Shown here one piece after another: positions 25,601-41,600 of a DNA stretch of 64,000 nt; the stretch's first letter is position 1; the number at the start of each line of letters is the position of its first letter. Made by a program: the position numbers and the translations under genes. Source of the DNA: Auanema rhodensis. Lineage: Eukaryota > Animalia > Nematoda. The notes beneath the pieces are model-generated. The model had not been told where the DNA came from. It was given only the letters and a program-made list of their open reading frames with translations, and searched no databases. Where the stretch lies: positions 18,476,001 to 18,540,000 of the forward strand of contig OZ059897.1 in assembly GCA_964057225.1 (NCBI GenBank). The letters are read 5' to 3'.

Positions 25601-28600
25601 AAAATTTTTTCGAAAAATTTCAAAATAATTTAGCAAAAAGTAAATGTTTTTAGATTCCATTTTTCAAGGCAAAGACGATGGACAATGTTATTCAACGAAA
25701 AAATTAATTCTTCAGGGTGAAAATCGAGGATATAAGTGTGAACTTATATCAGTTGATATCTCGGTGCATTTTTAAGCTAGCGCAAATCTGATAACACAGA
25801 TCGACGCAGCTTAAAAATCCGCATCGAATGCACTATACTACATTGAGAAACGCGTGATACAAAAATTAGTTATGATCGTTTGAAAAATGATGCATTAGTG
25901 TATGTTGAGTTTCCATGTACACTCAACATTGCTTCCAAAAACATTTTGACAAAAATTTTTTCGAAAAATTTCAAAATAATTTAGCAAAAAGTAGATGTTT
26001 TTAGATTCCTTTTTTCAAGGCAAAGACGATGGACAATGTTATTCAACGAAAAAATTATTTCTTCAGGGTGAAAATCGAGGATATAAGTGTGAACTCATAT
26101 CAGTTGATATCTCGGTGCATTTTTAAGCTAGCGCAAATCTGATAACACAGATCGACGCAGCTTAAAAATCCGGATCGAATGCACTATACTACATTAAGAA
26201 ACGCTTGATACAAAAATTAGTTATGATCGTTTGAAAAATGATGCATTAGTGTATGTTGAGTTTCCATGTACACTCAACATTGCTTCCAAAAACATTTTGA
26301 CAAAAATTTTTTCGAAAAATTTCAAAATAATTTAGCAAAAAGTAGATGTTTTTAGATTCCATTTTTCAAGGCAAAGACGATGGACAATGTTATTCAACGA
26401 AAAAATTAATTCTTCAGGGTGAAAATCGAGGATATAAGTGTGAACTTATATCAGTTGATATCTCGGTGCATTTTTAAGCTAGCGCAAATCTGGTAACACA
26501 GATCGACGCAGCTTAAAAATCCGCATCGAATGCACTATACTACATTGAGAAACGCGTGATACAAAAATTAGTTATGATCGTTTGAAAAATGATGCATTAG
26601 TGTATGTTGAGTTTCCATGTACACTCAACATTGCTTCCAAAAACATTTTGACAAAAATTTTTTCGAAAAATTTCAAAATAATTTAGCAAAAAGTAGATGT
26701 TTTTAGATTCCATTTTTCAAGGCAAAGACGATGGACAATGTTATTCAACGAAAAAATTAATTCTTCAGGGTGAAAATCGAGGATATAAGTGTGAACTTAT
26801 ATCAGTTGATATCTCGGTGCATTTTTAAGCTAGCGCAAATCTGATAACACAGATCGACGCAGCTTAAAAATCCGCATCGAATGCACTATACTACATTGAG
26901 AAACGCGTGATACAAAAATTAGTTATGATCGTTTGAAAAATGATGCATTAGTGTATGTTGAGTTTCCATGTACACTCAACATTGCTTCCAAAAACATTTT
27001 GACAAAAATTTTTTCGAAAAATTTCAAAATAATTTAGCAAAAAGTAAATGTTTTTAGATTCCATTTTTCAAGGCAAAGACGATGGACAATGTTATTCAAC
27101 GAAAAAATTAATTCTTCAGGGTGAAAATCGAGGATATAAGTGTGAACTTATATCAGTTGATATCTCGGTGCATTTTTAAGCTAGCGCAAATCTGATAACA
27201 CAGATCGACGCAGCTTAAAAATCCGCATCGAATGCACTATACTACATTGAGAAACGCGTGATACAAAAATTAGTTATGATCGTTTGAAAAATGATGCATT
27301 AGTGTATGTTGAGTTTCCATGTACACTCAACATTGCTTCCAAAAACATTTTGACAAAAATTTTTTCGAAAAATTTCAAAATAATTTAGCAAAAAGTAGAT
27401 GTTTTTAGATTCCTTTTTTCAAGGCAAAGACGATGGACAATGTTATTCAACGAAAAAATTATTTCTTCAGGGTGAAAATCGAGGATATAAGTGTGAACTC
27501 ATATCAGTTGATATCTCGGTGCATTTTTAAGCTAGCGCAAATCTGATAACACAGATCGACGCAGCTTAAAAATCCGGATCGAATGCACTATACTACATTA
27601 AGAAACGCTTGATACAAAAATTAGTTATGATCGTTTGAAAAATGATGCATTAGTGTATGTTGAGTTTCCATGTACACTCAACATTGCTTCCAAAAACATT
27701 TTGACAAAAATTTTTTCGAAAAATTTCAAAATAATTTAGCAAAAAGTAGATGTTTTTAGATTCCATTTTTCAAGGCAAAGACGATGGACAATGTTATTCA
27801 ACGAAAAAATTAATTCTTCAGGGTGAAAATCGAGGATATAAGTGTGAACTTATATCAGTTGATATCTCGGTGCATTTTTAAGCTAGCGCAAATCTGGTAA
27901 CACAGATCGACGCAGCTTAAAAATCCGCATCGAATGCACTATACTACATTAAGAAACGCTTGATACAAAAATTAGTTATGATCGTTTGAAAAATGATGCA
28001 TTAGTGTATGTTGAGTTTCCATGTACACTCAACATTGCTTCCAAAAACATTTTGACAAAAATTTTTTCGAAAAATTTCAAAATAATTTAGCAAAAAGTAG
28101 ATGTTTTTAGATTCCATTTTTCAAGGCAAAGACGATGGACAATGTTATTCATCGAAAAAATTAATTCTTCAGGGTGAAAATCGAGGATATAAGTGTGAAC
28201 TTATATCAGTTGATATCTCGGTGCATTTTTAAGCTAGCGCAAATCTGATAACACAGATCGACGCAGCTTAAAAATCCGCATCGAATGCACTATACTACAT
28301 TGAGAAACGCGTGATACAAAAATTAGTTATGATCGTTTGAAAAATGATGCATTAGTGTATGTGGAGTTTCCATGTACACTCAACATTGCTTCCAAAAACA
28401 TTTTGACAAAAATTTTTTCGAAAAATTTCAAAATAATTTAGCAAAAAGTAGATGTTTTTAGATTCCATTTTTCAAGGCAAAGACGATGGACAATGTTATT
28501 CAACGAAAAAATTAATTCTTCAGGGTGAAAATCGAGGATATAAGTGTGAACTTATATCAGTTGATATCTCGGTGCATTTTTAAGCTAGCGCAAATCTGAT

Positions 28601-31600
28601 AACACAGATCGACGCAGCTTAAAAATCCGCATCGAATGCACTATACTACATTAAGAAACGCTTGATACAAAAATTAGTTATGATCGTTTGAAAAATGATG
28701 CATTAGTGTATGTTGAGTTTCCATGTACACTCAACATTGCTTCCAAAAACATTTTGACAAAAATTTTTTCGAAAAATTTCAAAATAATTTAGCAAAAAGT
28801 AGATGTTTTTAGATTCCATTTTTCAAGGCAAAGACGATGGACAATGTTATTCAACGAAAAAATTAATTCTTCAGGGTGAAAATCGAGGATATAAGTGTGA
28901 ACTTATATCAGTTGATATCTCGGTGCATTTTTAAGCTAGCGCAAATCTGATAACACAGATCGACGCAGCTTAAAAATCCGCATCGAATGCACTATACTAC
29001 ATTGAGAAACGCGTGATACAAAAATTAGTTATGATCGTTTGAAAAATGATGCATTAGTGTATGTTGAGTTTCCATGTACACTCAACATTGCTTCCAAAAA
29101 CATTTTGACAAAAATTTTTTCGAAAAATTTCAAAATAATTTAGCAAAAAGTAGATGTTTTTAGATTCCATTTTTCAAGGCAAAGACGATGGACAATGTTA
29201 TTCAACGAAAAAATTAATTCTTCAGGGTGAAAATCGAGGATATAAGTGTGAACTTATATCAGTTGATATCTCGGTGCATTTTTAAGCTAGCGCAAATCTG
29301 ATAACACAGATCGACGCAGCTTAAAAATCCGCATCGAATGCACTATACTACATTGAGAAACGCGTGATACAAAAATTAGTTATGATCGTTTGAAAAATGA
29401 TGCATTAGTGTATGTTGAGTTTCCATGTACACTCAACATTGCTTCCAAAAACATTTTGACAAAAATTTTTTCGAAAAATTTCAAAATAATTTAGCAAAAA
29501 GTAAATGTTTTTAGATTCCATTTTTCAAGGCAAAGACGATGGACAATGTTATTCAACGAAAAAATTAATTCTTCAGGGTGAAAATCGAGGATATAAGTGT
29601 GAACTTATATCAGTTGATATCTCGGTGCATTTTTAAGCTAGCGCAAATCTGATAACACAGATCGACGCAGCTTAAAAATCCGCATCGAATGCACTATACT
29701 ACATTGAGAAACGCGTGATACAAAAATTAGTTATGATCGTTTGAAAAATGATGCATTAGTGTATGTTGAGTTTCCATGTACACTCAACATTGCTTCCAAA
29801 AACATTTTGACAAAAATTTTTTCGAAAAATTTCAAAATAATTTAGCAAAAAGTAGATGTTTTTAGATTCCTTTTTTCAAGGCAAAGACGATGGACAATGT
29901 TATTCAACGAAAAAATTATTTCTTCAGGGTGAAAATCGAGGATATAAGTGTGAACTCATATCAGTTGATATCTCGGTGCATTTTTAAGCTAGCGCAAATC
30001 TGATAACACAGATCGACGCAGCTTAAAAATCCGCATCGAATGCACTATACTACATTAAGAAACGCTTGATACAAAAATTAGTTATGATCGTTTGAAAAAT
30101 GATGCATTAGTGTATGTTGAGTTTCCATGTACACTCAACATTGCTTCCAAAAACATTTTGACAAAAATTTTTTCGAAAAATTTCAAAATAATTTAGCAAA
30201 AAGTAGATGTTTTTGGATTCCTTTTTTCAAGGCAAAGACGATGGACAATGTTATTTAACGAAAAAATTAATTCTTCAGGGTGAAAATCGAGGATATAAGT
30301 GTGAACTTATATCAGTTGATATCTCGGTGCATTTTTAAGCTAGCGCAAATCTGATAACACAGATCGACGCAGCTTAAAAATCCGCATCGAATGCACTATA
30401 CTACATTGAAAAAAGCTTGATACAAAAATTAGTTATGATCGTTTGAAAAATGATGCATTAGTGTATGTTGAGTTTCCATGTACACTCAACATTGCTTCCA
30501 AAAACATTTTGACAAAAATTTTTTCGAAAAATTTCAAAATAATTTAGCAAAAAGTAGATGTTTTTAGATTCCTTTTTTCAAGGCAAAGACGATGGACAAT
30601 GTTATTCAACGAAAAAATTATTTCTTCAGGGTGAAAATCGAGGATATAAGTGTGAACTTATATCAGTTGATATCTCGGTGCATTTTTAAGCTAGCGCAAA
30701 TCTGATAACACAGATCGACGCAGCTTAAAAATCCGGATCGAATGCACTATACTACATTAAGAAACGCTTGATACAAAAATTAGTTATGATCGTTTGAAAA
30801 ATGATGCATTAGTGTATGTTGAGTTTCCATGTACACTCAACATTGCTTCCAAAAACATTTTGACAAAAATTTTTTCGAAAAATTTCAAAATAATTTAGCA
30901 AAAAGTAGATGTTTTTAGATTCCATTTTTCAAGGCAAAGACGATGGACAATGTTATTCAACGAAAAAATTAATTCTTCAGGGTGAAAATCGAGGATATAA
31001 GTGTGAACTTATATCAGTTGATATCTCGGTGCATTTTTAAGCTAGCGCAAATCTGGTAACACAGATCGACGCAGCTTAAAAATCCGCATCGAATGCACTA
31101 TACTACATTAAGAAACGCTTGATACAAAAATTAGTTATGATCGTTTGAAAAATGATGCATTAGTGTATGTTGAGTTTCCATGTACACTCAACATTGCTTC
31201 CAAAAACATTTTGACAAAAATTTTTTCGAAAAATTTCAAAATAATTTAGCAAAAAGTAGATGTTTTTAGATTCCATTTTTCAAGGCAAAGACGATGGACA
31301 ATGTTATTCATCGAAAAAATTAATTCTTCAGGGTGAAAATCGAGGATATAAGTGTGAACTTATATCAGTTGATATCTCGGTGCATTTTTAAGCTAGCGCA
31401 AATCTGATAACACAGATCGACGCAGCTTAAAAATCCGCATCGAATGCACTATACTACATTGAGAAACGCGTGATACAAAAATTAGTTATGATCGTTTGAA
31501 AAATGATGCATTAGTGTATGTTGAGTTTCCATGTACACTCAACATTGCTTCCAAAAACATTTTGACAAAAATTTTTTCGAAAAATTTCAAAATAATTTAG

Positions 31601-32722
31601 CAAAAAGTAGATGTTTTTAGATTCCATTTTTCAAGGCAAAGACGATGGACAATGTTATTCAACGAAAAAATTAATTCTTCAGGGTGAAAATCGAGGATAT
31701 AAGTGTGAACTTATATCAGTTGATATCTCGGTGCATTTTTAAGCTAGCGCAAATCTGATAACACAGATCGACGCAGCTTAAAAATCCGCATCGAATGCAC
31801 TATACTACATTAAGAAACGCTTGATACAAAAATTAGTTATGATCGTTTGAAAAATGATGCATTAGTGTATGTTGAGTTTCCATGTACACTCAACATTGCT
31901 TCCAAAAACATTTTGACAAAAATTTTTTCGAAAAATTTCAAAATAGTTTAGCAAAAAGTAGATGTTTTTAGATTCCATTTTTCAAGGCGAAGACGATGGA
32001 CAATGTTATTCAACGAAAAAATTAATTCTTCAGGGTGAAAATCGAGGATATAAGTGTGAACTTATATCAGTTGATATCTCGGTGCATTTTTAAGCTAGCG
32101 CAAATCTGATAACACAGATCGACGCAGCTTAAAAATCCGCATCGAATGCACTATACTACATTGAGAAACGCGTGATACAAAAATTAGTTATGATCGTTTG
32201 AAAAATGATGCATTAGTGTATGTTGAGTTTCCATGTACACTCAACATTGCTTCCAAAAACATTTTGACAAAAATTTTTTCGAAAAATTTCAAAATAATTT
32301 AGCAAAAAATAGATGTTTTTAGATTCCTTTTTTCAAGGCAAAGACGATGGACAATGTTATTCAACGAAAAAATTATTTCTTCAGGGTGAAAATCGAGGAT
32401 ATAAGTGTGAACTTATATCAGTTGATATCTCGGTGCATTTTTAAGCTAGCGCAAATCTGATAACACAGATCGACGCAGCTTAAAAATCCGCATCGAATGC
32501 ACTATACTACATTGAAAAACGCTTGATACAAAAATTAGTTATGATCGTTTGAAAAATGATGCATTAGTGTATGTTGAGTTTCCATGTACACTCAACATTG
32601 CTTCCAAAAACATTTTGACAAAAATTTTTACGAAAAATTTCAAAATAATTTAGCAAAAAGTAGATGTTTTTAGATTCCATTTTTCAAGGCAAAGACGATG
32701 GACAATGTTTTTCAACGAAAAA

Positions 32723-35530
32723 ATTAATTCTTCAGGGTGAAAATCGAGGATATAAGTGTGAACTTATATCAGTTGATATCTCGGTGCATTTTTAAGCTAG
32801 CGCAAATCTGATAACACAGATCGACGCAGCTTAAAAATCCGCATCGAATGCACTATACTACATTAAGAAACGCTTGATACAAAAATTAGTTATGATCGTT
32901 TGAAAAATGATGCATTAGTGTATGTTGAGTTTCCATGTACACTCAACATTGCTTCCAAAAACATTTTGACAAAAATTTTTTCGAAAAATTTCAAAATAAT
33001 TTAGCAAAAAGTAGATGTTTTTAGATTCCATTTTTCAAGGCAAAGACGATGGACAATGTTATTCAACGAAAAAATTAATTCTTCAGGGTGAAAATCGAGG
33101 ATATAAGTGTGAACTTATATCAGTTGATATCTCGGTGCATTTTTAAGCTAGCGCAAATCTGATAACACAGATCGACGCAGCTTAAAAATCCGCATCGAAT
33201 GCACTATACTACATTGAGAAACGCTTGATACAAAAATTAGTTATGATCGTTTGAAAAATGATGCATTAGTGTATGTTGAGTTTCCATGTACACTCAACAT
33301 TGCTTCCAAAAACATTTTGACAAAAATTTTTTCGAAAAATTTCAAAATAGTTTAGCAAAAAGTAGATGTTTTTAGATTCCATTTTTCAAGGCAAAGACGA
33401 TGGACAATGTTATTCAACGAAAAAATTAATTCTTCAGGGTGAAAATCGAGGATATAAGTGTGAACTTATATCAGTTGATATCTCGGTGCATTTTTAAGCT
33501 AGCGCAAATCTGATAACACAGATCGACGCAGCTTAAAAATCCGCATCGAATGCACTATACTACATTAAGAAACGCTTGATACAAAAATTAGTTATGATCG
33601 TTTGAAAAATGATGCATTAGTGTATGTTGAGTTTCCATGTACACTCAACATTGCTTCCAAAAACATTTTGACAAAAATTTTTTCGAAAAATTTCAAAATA
33701 ATTTAGCAAAAAGTAGATGTTTTTAGATTCCATTTTTCAAGGCAAAGACGATGGACAATGTTATTCAACGAAAAAATTAATTCTTCAGGGTGAAAATCGA
33801 GGATATAAGTGTGAACTTATATCAGTTGATATCTCGGTGCATTTTTAAGCTAGCGCAAATCTGATAACACAGATCGACGCAGCTTAAAAATCCGCATCGA
33901 ATGCACTATACTACATTGAGAAACGCGTGATACAAAAATTAGTTATGATCGTTTGAAAAATGATGCATTAGTGTATGTTGAGTTTCCATGTACACTCAAC
34001 ATTGCTTCCAAAAACATTTTGACAAAAATTTTTTCGAAAAATTTCAAAATAATTTAGCAAAAAGTAGATGTTTTTAGATTCCTTTTTTCAAGGCAAAGAC
34101 GATGGACAATGTTATTCAACGAAAAAATTATTTCTTCAGGGTGAAAATCGAGGATATAAGTGTGAACTTATATCAGTTGATATCTCGGTGCATTTTTAAG
34201 CTAGCGCAAATCTGATAACACAGATCGACGCAGCTTAAAAATCCGCATCGAATGCACTATACTACATTAAGAAACGCTTGATACAAAAATTAGTTATGAT
34301 CGTTTGAAAAATGATGCATTAGTGTATGTTGAGTTTCCATGTACACTCAACATTGCTTCCAAAAACATTTTGACAAAAATTTTTTCGAAAAATTTCAAAA
34401 TAATTTAGCAAAAAGTAGATGTTTTTAGATTCCATTTTTCAAGGCAAAGACGATGGACAATGTTATTCAACGAAAAAATTAATTCTTCAGGGTGAAAATC
34501 GAGGATATAAGTGTGAACTTATATCAGTTGATATCTCGGTGCATTTTTAAGCTAGCGCAAATCTGATAACACAGATCGACGCAGCTTAAAAATCCGCATC
34601 GAATGCACTATACTACATTGAGAAACGCTTGATACAAAAATTAGTTATGATCGTTTGAAAAATGATGCATTAGTGTATGTTGAGTTTCCATGTACACTCA
34701 ACATTGCTTCCAAAAACATTTTGACAAAAATTTTTTCGAAAAATTTCAAAATAGTTTAGCAAAAAGTAGATGTTTTTAGATTCCATTTTTCAAGGCAAAG
34801 ACGATGGACAATGTTATTCAACGAAAAAATTAATTCTTCAGGGTGAAAATCGAGGATATAAGTGTGAACTTATATCAGTTGATATCTCGGTGCATTTTTA
34901 AGCTAGCGCAAATCTGATAACACAGATCGACGCAGCTTAAAAATCCGCATCGAATGCACTATACTACATTAAGAAACGCTTGATACAAAAATTAGTTATG
35001 ATCGTTTGAAAAATGATGCATTAGTGTATGTTGAGTTTCCATGTACACTCAACATTGCTTCCAAAAACATTTTGACAAAAATTTTTTCGAAAAATTTCAA
35101 AATAATTTAGCAAAAAGTAGATGTTTTTAGATTCCATTTTTCAAGGCAAAGACGATGGACAATGTTATTCAACGAAAAAATTAATTCTTCAGGGTGAAAA
35201 TCGAGGATATAAGTGTGAACTTATATCAGTTGATATCTCGGTGCATTTTTAAGCTAGCGCAAATCTGATAACACAGATCGACGCAGCTTAAAAATCCGCA
35301 TCGAATGCACTATACTACATTGAGAAACGCGTGATACAAAAATTAGTTATGATCGTTTGAAAAATGATGCATTAGTGTATGTTGAGTTTCCATGTACACT
35401 CAACATTGCTTCCAAAAACATTTTGACAAAAATTTTTTCGAAAAATTTCAAAATAATTTAGCAAAAAGTAGATGTTTTTAGATTCCTTTTTTCAAGGCAA
35501 AGACGATGGACAATGTTATTCAACGAAAAA
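32723..35530 (+). repeat. 4-monomer higher-order unit, two tandem copies (1404-bp period)
   Basis: A monomer with GAGAAACGCTTG plus AAAATAGTTT starts at 33074 and 34478, with matching neighbours. Confidence 0.75.
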
Positions 35531-38500
35531 ATTATTTCTTCAGGGTGAAAATCGAGGATATAAGTGTGAACTTATATCAGTTGATATCTCGGTGCATTTT
35601 TAAGCTAGCGCAAATCTGATAACACAGATCGACGCAGCTTAAAAATCCGCATCGAATGCACTATACTACACTGAAAAACGCTTGATACAAAAATTAGTTA
35701 TGATCGTTTGAAAAATGATGCATTAGTGTATGTTGAGTTTCCATGTACACTCAACATTGCTTCCAAAAACATTTTGACAAAAATTTTTTCGAAAAATTTC
35801 AAAATAATTTAGCAAAAAGTAGATGTTTTTAGATTCCATTTCTCAAGGCAAAGACGATAGACAATGTTATTCAACGAAAAAATTAATTCTTCAGGGTGAA
35901 AATCGAGGATATAAGTGTGAACTTATATCAGTTGATATCTCGGTGCATTTTTAAGCTAGCGCAAATCTGATAACACAGATCGACGCAGCTTAAAAATCCG
36001 CATCGAATGCACTATACTACATTGAGAAACGCTTAATACATAAATTAGTTATGATCGTTTGAAAAATGATGCATTAGTGTATGTTGAGTTTCCATGTACA
36101 CTCAACATTGCTTCCAAAAACATTTTGACAAAAATTTTTTCGAAAAATTTCGAAATAATTTAGCAAAAAGTAGATGTTTTTAGATTCCATTTTTCAAGGC
36201 AAAGACGATGGACAATGTTATTCAACGAAAAAATTAATTCTTCAGGGTGAAAATCGAGGATATAAGTGTGAACTTATATCAGTTGATATCTCGGTGCATT
36301 TTTAAGCTAGCGCAAATCTGATAACACAGATCGACGCAGCTTAAAAATCCGCATCGAATGCACTATACTACATTAAGAAACGCTTGATACAAAAATTAGT
36401 TATGATCGTTTGAAAAATGATGCATTAGTGTATGTTGAGTTTCCATGTACACTCAACATTGCTTCCAAAAACATTTTGACAAAAATTTTTTCGAAAAATT
36501 TCGAAATAATTTAGCAAAAAGTAGATGTTTTTAGATTCCATTTTTCAAGGCAAAGACGATGGACAATGTTATTCAACGAAAAAATTAATTCTTCAGGGTG
36601 AAAATCGAGGATATAAGTGTGAACTTATATCAGTTGATATCTCGGTGCATTTTTAAGCTAGCGCAAATCTGATAACACAGATCGACGCAGCTTAAAAATC
36701 CGCATCGAATGCACTATACTACATTGAGAAACGCTTAATACATAAATTAGTTATGATCGTTTGAAAAATGATGCATTAGTGTATGTTGAGTTTCCATGTA
36801 CACTCAACATTGCTTCCAAAAACATTTTGACAAAAATTTTTTCGAAAAATTTCGAAATAATTTAGCAAAAAGTAGATGTTTTTAGATTCCATTTTTCAAG
36901 GCAAAGACGATGGACAATGTTATTCAACGAAAAAATTAATTCTTCAGGGTGAAAATCGAGGATATAAGTGTGAACTTATATCAGTTGATATCTCGGTGCA
37001 TTTTTAAGCTAGCGCAAATCTGATAACACAGATCGACGCAGCTTAAAAATCCGCATCGAATGCACTATACTACATTAAGAAACGCTTGATACAAAAATTA
37101 GTTATGATCGTTTGAAAAATGATGCATTAGTGTATGTTGAGTTTCCATGTACACTCAACATTGCTTCCAAAAACATTTTGACAAAAATTTTTTCGAAAAA
37201 TTTCGAAATAATTTAGCAAAAAGTAGATGTTTTTAGATTCCATTTTTCAAGGCAAAGACGATGGACAATGTTATTCAACGAAAAAATTAATTCTTCAGGG
37301 TGAAAATCGAGGATATAAGTGTGAACTTATATCAGTTGATATCTCGGTGCATTTTTAAGCTAGCGCAAATCTGATAACACAGATCGACGCAGCTTAAAAA
37401 TCCGCATCGAATGCACTATACTACATTAAGAAACGCTTGATACAAAAATTAGTTATGATCGTTTGAAAAATGATGCATTAGTGTATGTTGAGTTTCCATG
37501 TACACTCAACATTGCTTCCAAAAACATTTTGACAAAAATTTTTTCGAAAAATTTCAGAATAATTTAGCAAAAAGTAGATGTTTTTAGATTCCATTTTTCA
37601 AGGCAAAGACGATGGACAATGTTATTCAACGAAAAAATTAATTCTTCAGGGTGAAAATCGAGGATATAAGTGTGAACTTATATCAGTTGATATCTCGGTG
37701 CATTTTTAAGCTAGCGCAAATCTGATAACACAGATCGACGCAGCTTAAAAATCCGCATCGAATGCACTATACTACATTGAGAAACGCGTGATACAAAAAT
37801 TAGTTATGATCGTTTGAAAAATGATGCATTAGTGTATGTTGAGTTTCCATGTACACTCAACATTGCTTCCAAAAACATTTTGACAAAAATTTTTTCGAAA
37901 AATTTCAAAATAATTTAGCAAAAAGTAGATGTTTTTAGATTCCTTTTTTCAAGGCAAAGACGATGGACAATGTTATTCAACGAAAAAATTATTTCTTCAG
38001 GGTGAAAATCGAGGATATAAGTGTGAACTTATATCAGTTGATATCTCGGTGCATTTTTAAGCTAGCGCAAATCTGATAACACAGATCGACGCAGCTTAAC
38101 AATCCGCATCGAATGCACTATACTACATTGAAAAACGCTTGATACAAAAATTAGTTATGATCGTTTGAAAAATGATGCATTAGTGTATGTTGAGTTTCCA
38201 TGTACACTCAACATTGCTTCCAAAAACATTTTGACAAAAATTTTTTCGAAAAATTTCAAAATAATTTAGCAAAAAGTAGATGTTTTTAGATTCCATTTCT
38301 CAAGGCAAAGACGATAGACAATGTTATTCAACGAAAAAATTAATTCTTCAGGGTGAAAATCGAGGATATAAGTGTGAACTTATATCAGTTGATATCTCGG
38401 TGCATTTTTAAGCTAGCGCAAATCTGATAACACAGATCGACGCAGCTTAAAAATCCGCATCGAATGCACTATACTACATTGAAAAACGCTTGATACAAAA

Positions 38501-38689
38501 ATTAGTTATGATCGTTTGAAAAATGATGCATTAGTGTATGTTGAGTTTCCATGTACACTCAACATTGCTTCCAAAAACATTTTGACAAAAATTTTTTCGA
38601 AAAATTTCAAAATAATTTAGCAAAAAGTAGATGTTTTTAGATTCCTTTTTTCAAGGCAAAGACGATGGACAATGTTATTCAACGAAAAA

Positions 38690-41600
38690 ATTATTTCTTC
38701 AGGGTGAAAATCGAGGATATAAGTGTGAACTTATATCAGTTGATATCTCGGTGCATTTTTAAGCTAGCGCAAATCTGATAACACAGATCGACGCAGCTTA
38801 AAAATCCGGATCGAATGCTTTATACTACATTAAGAAACGCTTGATACAAAAATTAGTTATGATCGTTTGAAAAATGATGCATTAGTGTATGTTGAGTTTC
38901 CATGTACACTCAACATTGCTTCCAAAAACATTTTGACAAAAATTTTTTCGAAAAATTTCAAAATAATTTAGCAAAAAGTAGTTGTTTTTAGATTCCATTT
39001 CTCAAGGCAAAGACGATAGACAATGTTATTCAACGAAAAAATTAATTCTTCAGGGTGAAAATCGAGGATATAAGTGTGAACTTATATCAGTTGATATCTC
39101 GGTGCATTTTTAAGCTAGCGCAAATCTGATAACACAGATCGACGCAGCTTAAAAATCCGCATCGAATGCACTATACTACATTGAAAAACGCTTGATACAA
39201 AAATTAGTTATGATCGTTTGAAAAATGATGCATTAGTGTATGTTGAGTTTCCATGTACACTCAACATTGCTTCCAAAAACATTTTGACAAAATTTTTTTC
39301 GAAAAATTTCAAAATAATTTAGCAAAAAGTAGATGTTTTTAGATTCCTTTTTTCAAGGCAAAGACGATGGACAATGTTATTCAACGAAAAAATTATTTCT
39401 TCAGGGTGAAAATCGAGGATATAAGTGTGAACTTATATCAGTTGATATCTCGGTGCATTTTTAAGCTAGCGCAAATCTGATAACACAGATCGACGCAGCT
39501 TAAAAATCCGGATCGAATGCACTATACTACATTAAGAAACGCTTGATACAAAAATTAGTTATGATCGTTTGAAAAATGATGCATTAGTGTATGTTGAGTT
39601 TCCATGTACACTCAACATTGCTTCCAAAAACATTTTGACAAAATTTTTTTCGAAAAATTTCAAAATAATTTAGCAAAAAGTAGATGTTTTTAGATTCCTT
39701 TTTTCAAGGCAAAGACGATGGACAATGTTATTCAACGAAAAAATTATTTCTTCAGGGTGAAAATCGAGGATATAAGTGTGAACTTATATCAGTTGATATC
39801 TCGGTGCATTTTTAAGCTAGCGCAAATCTGATAACACAGATCGACGCAGCTTAAAAATCCGGATCGAATGCTTTATACTACATTAAGAAACGCTTGATAC
39901 AAAAATTAGTTATGATCGTTTGAAAAATGATGCATTAGTGTATGTTGAGTTTCCATGTACACTCAACATTGCTTCCAAAAACATTTTGACAAAAATTTTT
40001 TCGAAAAATTTCAAAATAATTTAGCAAAAAGTAGTTGTTTTTAGATTCCATTTCTCAAGGCAAAGACGATAGACAATGTTATTCAACGAAAAAATTAATT
40101 CTTCAGGGTGAAAATCGAGGATATAAGTGTGAACTTATATCAGTTGATATCTCGGTGCATTTTTAAGCTAGCGCAAATCTGATAACACAGATCGACGCAG
40201 CTTAAAAATCCGCATCGAATGCACTATACTACATTGAAAAACGCTTGATACAAAAATTAGTTATGATCGTTTGAAAAATGATGCATTAGTGTATGTTGAG
40301 TTTCCATGTACACTCAACATTGCTTCCAAAAACATTTTGACAAAATTTTTTTCGAAAAATTTCAAAATAATTTAGCAAAAAGTAGATGTTTTTAGATTCC
40401 TTTTTTCAAGGCAAAGACGATGGACAATGTTATTCAACGAAAAAATTATTTCTTCAGGGTGAAAATCGAGGATATAAGTGTGAACTTATATCAGTTGATA
40501 TCTCGGTGCATTTTTAAGCTAGCGCAAATCTGATAACACAGATCGACGCAGCTTAAAAATCCGGATCGAATGCACTATACTACATTAAGAAACGCTTGAT
40601 ACAAAAATTAGTTATGATCGTTTGAAAAATGATGCATTAGTGTATGTTGAGTTTCCATGTACACTCAACATTGCTTCCAAAAACATTTTGACAAAATTTT
40701 TTTCGAAAAATTTCAAAATAATTTAGCAAAAAGTAGATGTTTTTAGATTCCTTTTTTCAAGGCAAAGACGATGGACAATGTTATTCAACGAAAAAATTAT
40801 TTCTTCAGGGTGAAAATCGAGGATATAAGTGTGAACTTATATCAGTTGATATCTCGGTGCATTTTTAAGCTAGCGCAAATCTGATAACACAGATCGACGC
40901 AGCTTAAAAATCCGGATCGAATGCTTTATACTACATTAAGAAACGCTTGATACAAAAATTAGTTATGATCGTTTGAAAAATGATGCATTAGTGTATGTTG
41001 AGTTTCCATGTACACTCAACATTGCTTCCAAAAACATTTTGACAAAAATTTTTTCGAAAAATTTCAAAATAATTTAGCAAAAAGTAGTTGTTTTTAGATT
41101 CCATTTCTCAAGGCAAAGACGATAGACAATGTTATTCAACGAAAAAATTAATTCTTCAGGGTGAAAATCGAGGATATAAGTGTGAACTTATATCAGTTGA
41201 TATCTCGGTGCATTTTTAAGCTAGCGCAAATCTGATAACACAGATCGACGCAGCTTAAAAATCCGCATCGAATGCACTATACTACATTGAAAAACGCTTG
41301 ATACAAAAATTAGTTATGATCGTTTGAAAAATGATGCATTAGTGTATGTTGAGTTTCCATGTACACTCAACATTGCTTCCAAAAACATTTTGACAAAATT
41401 TTTTTCGAAAAATTTCAAAATAATTTAGCAAAAAGTAGATGTTTTTAGATTCCTTTTTTCAAGGCAAAGACGATGGACAATGTTATTCAACGAAAAAATT
41501 ATTTCTTCAGGGTGAAAATCGAGGATATAAGTGTGAACTTATATCAGTTGATATCTCGGTGCATTTTTAAGCTAGCGCAAATCTGATAACACAGATCGAC

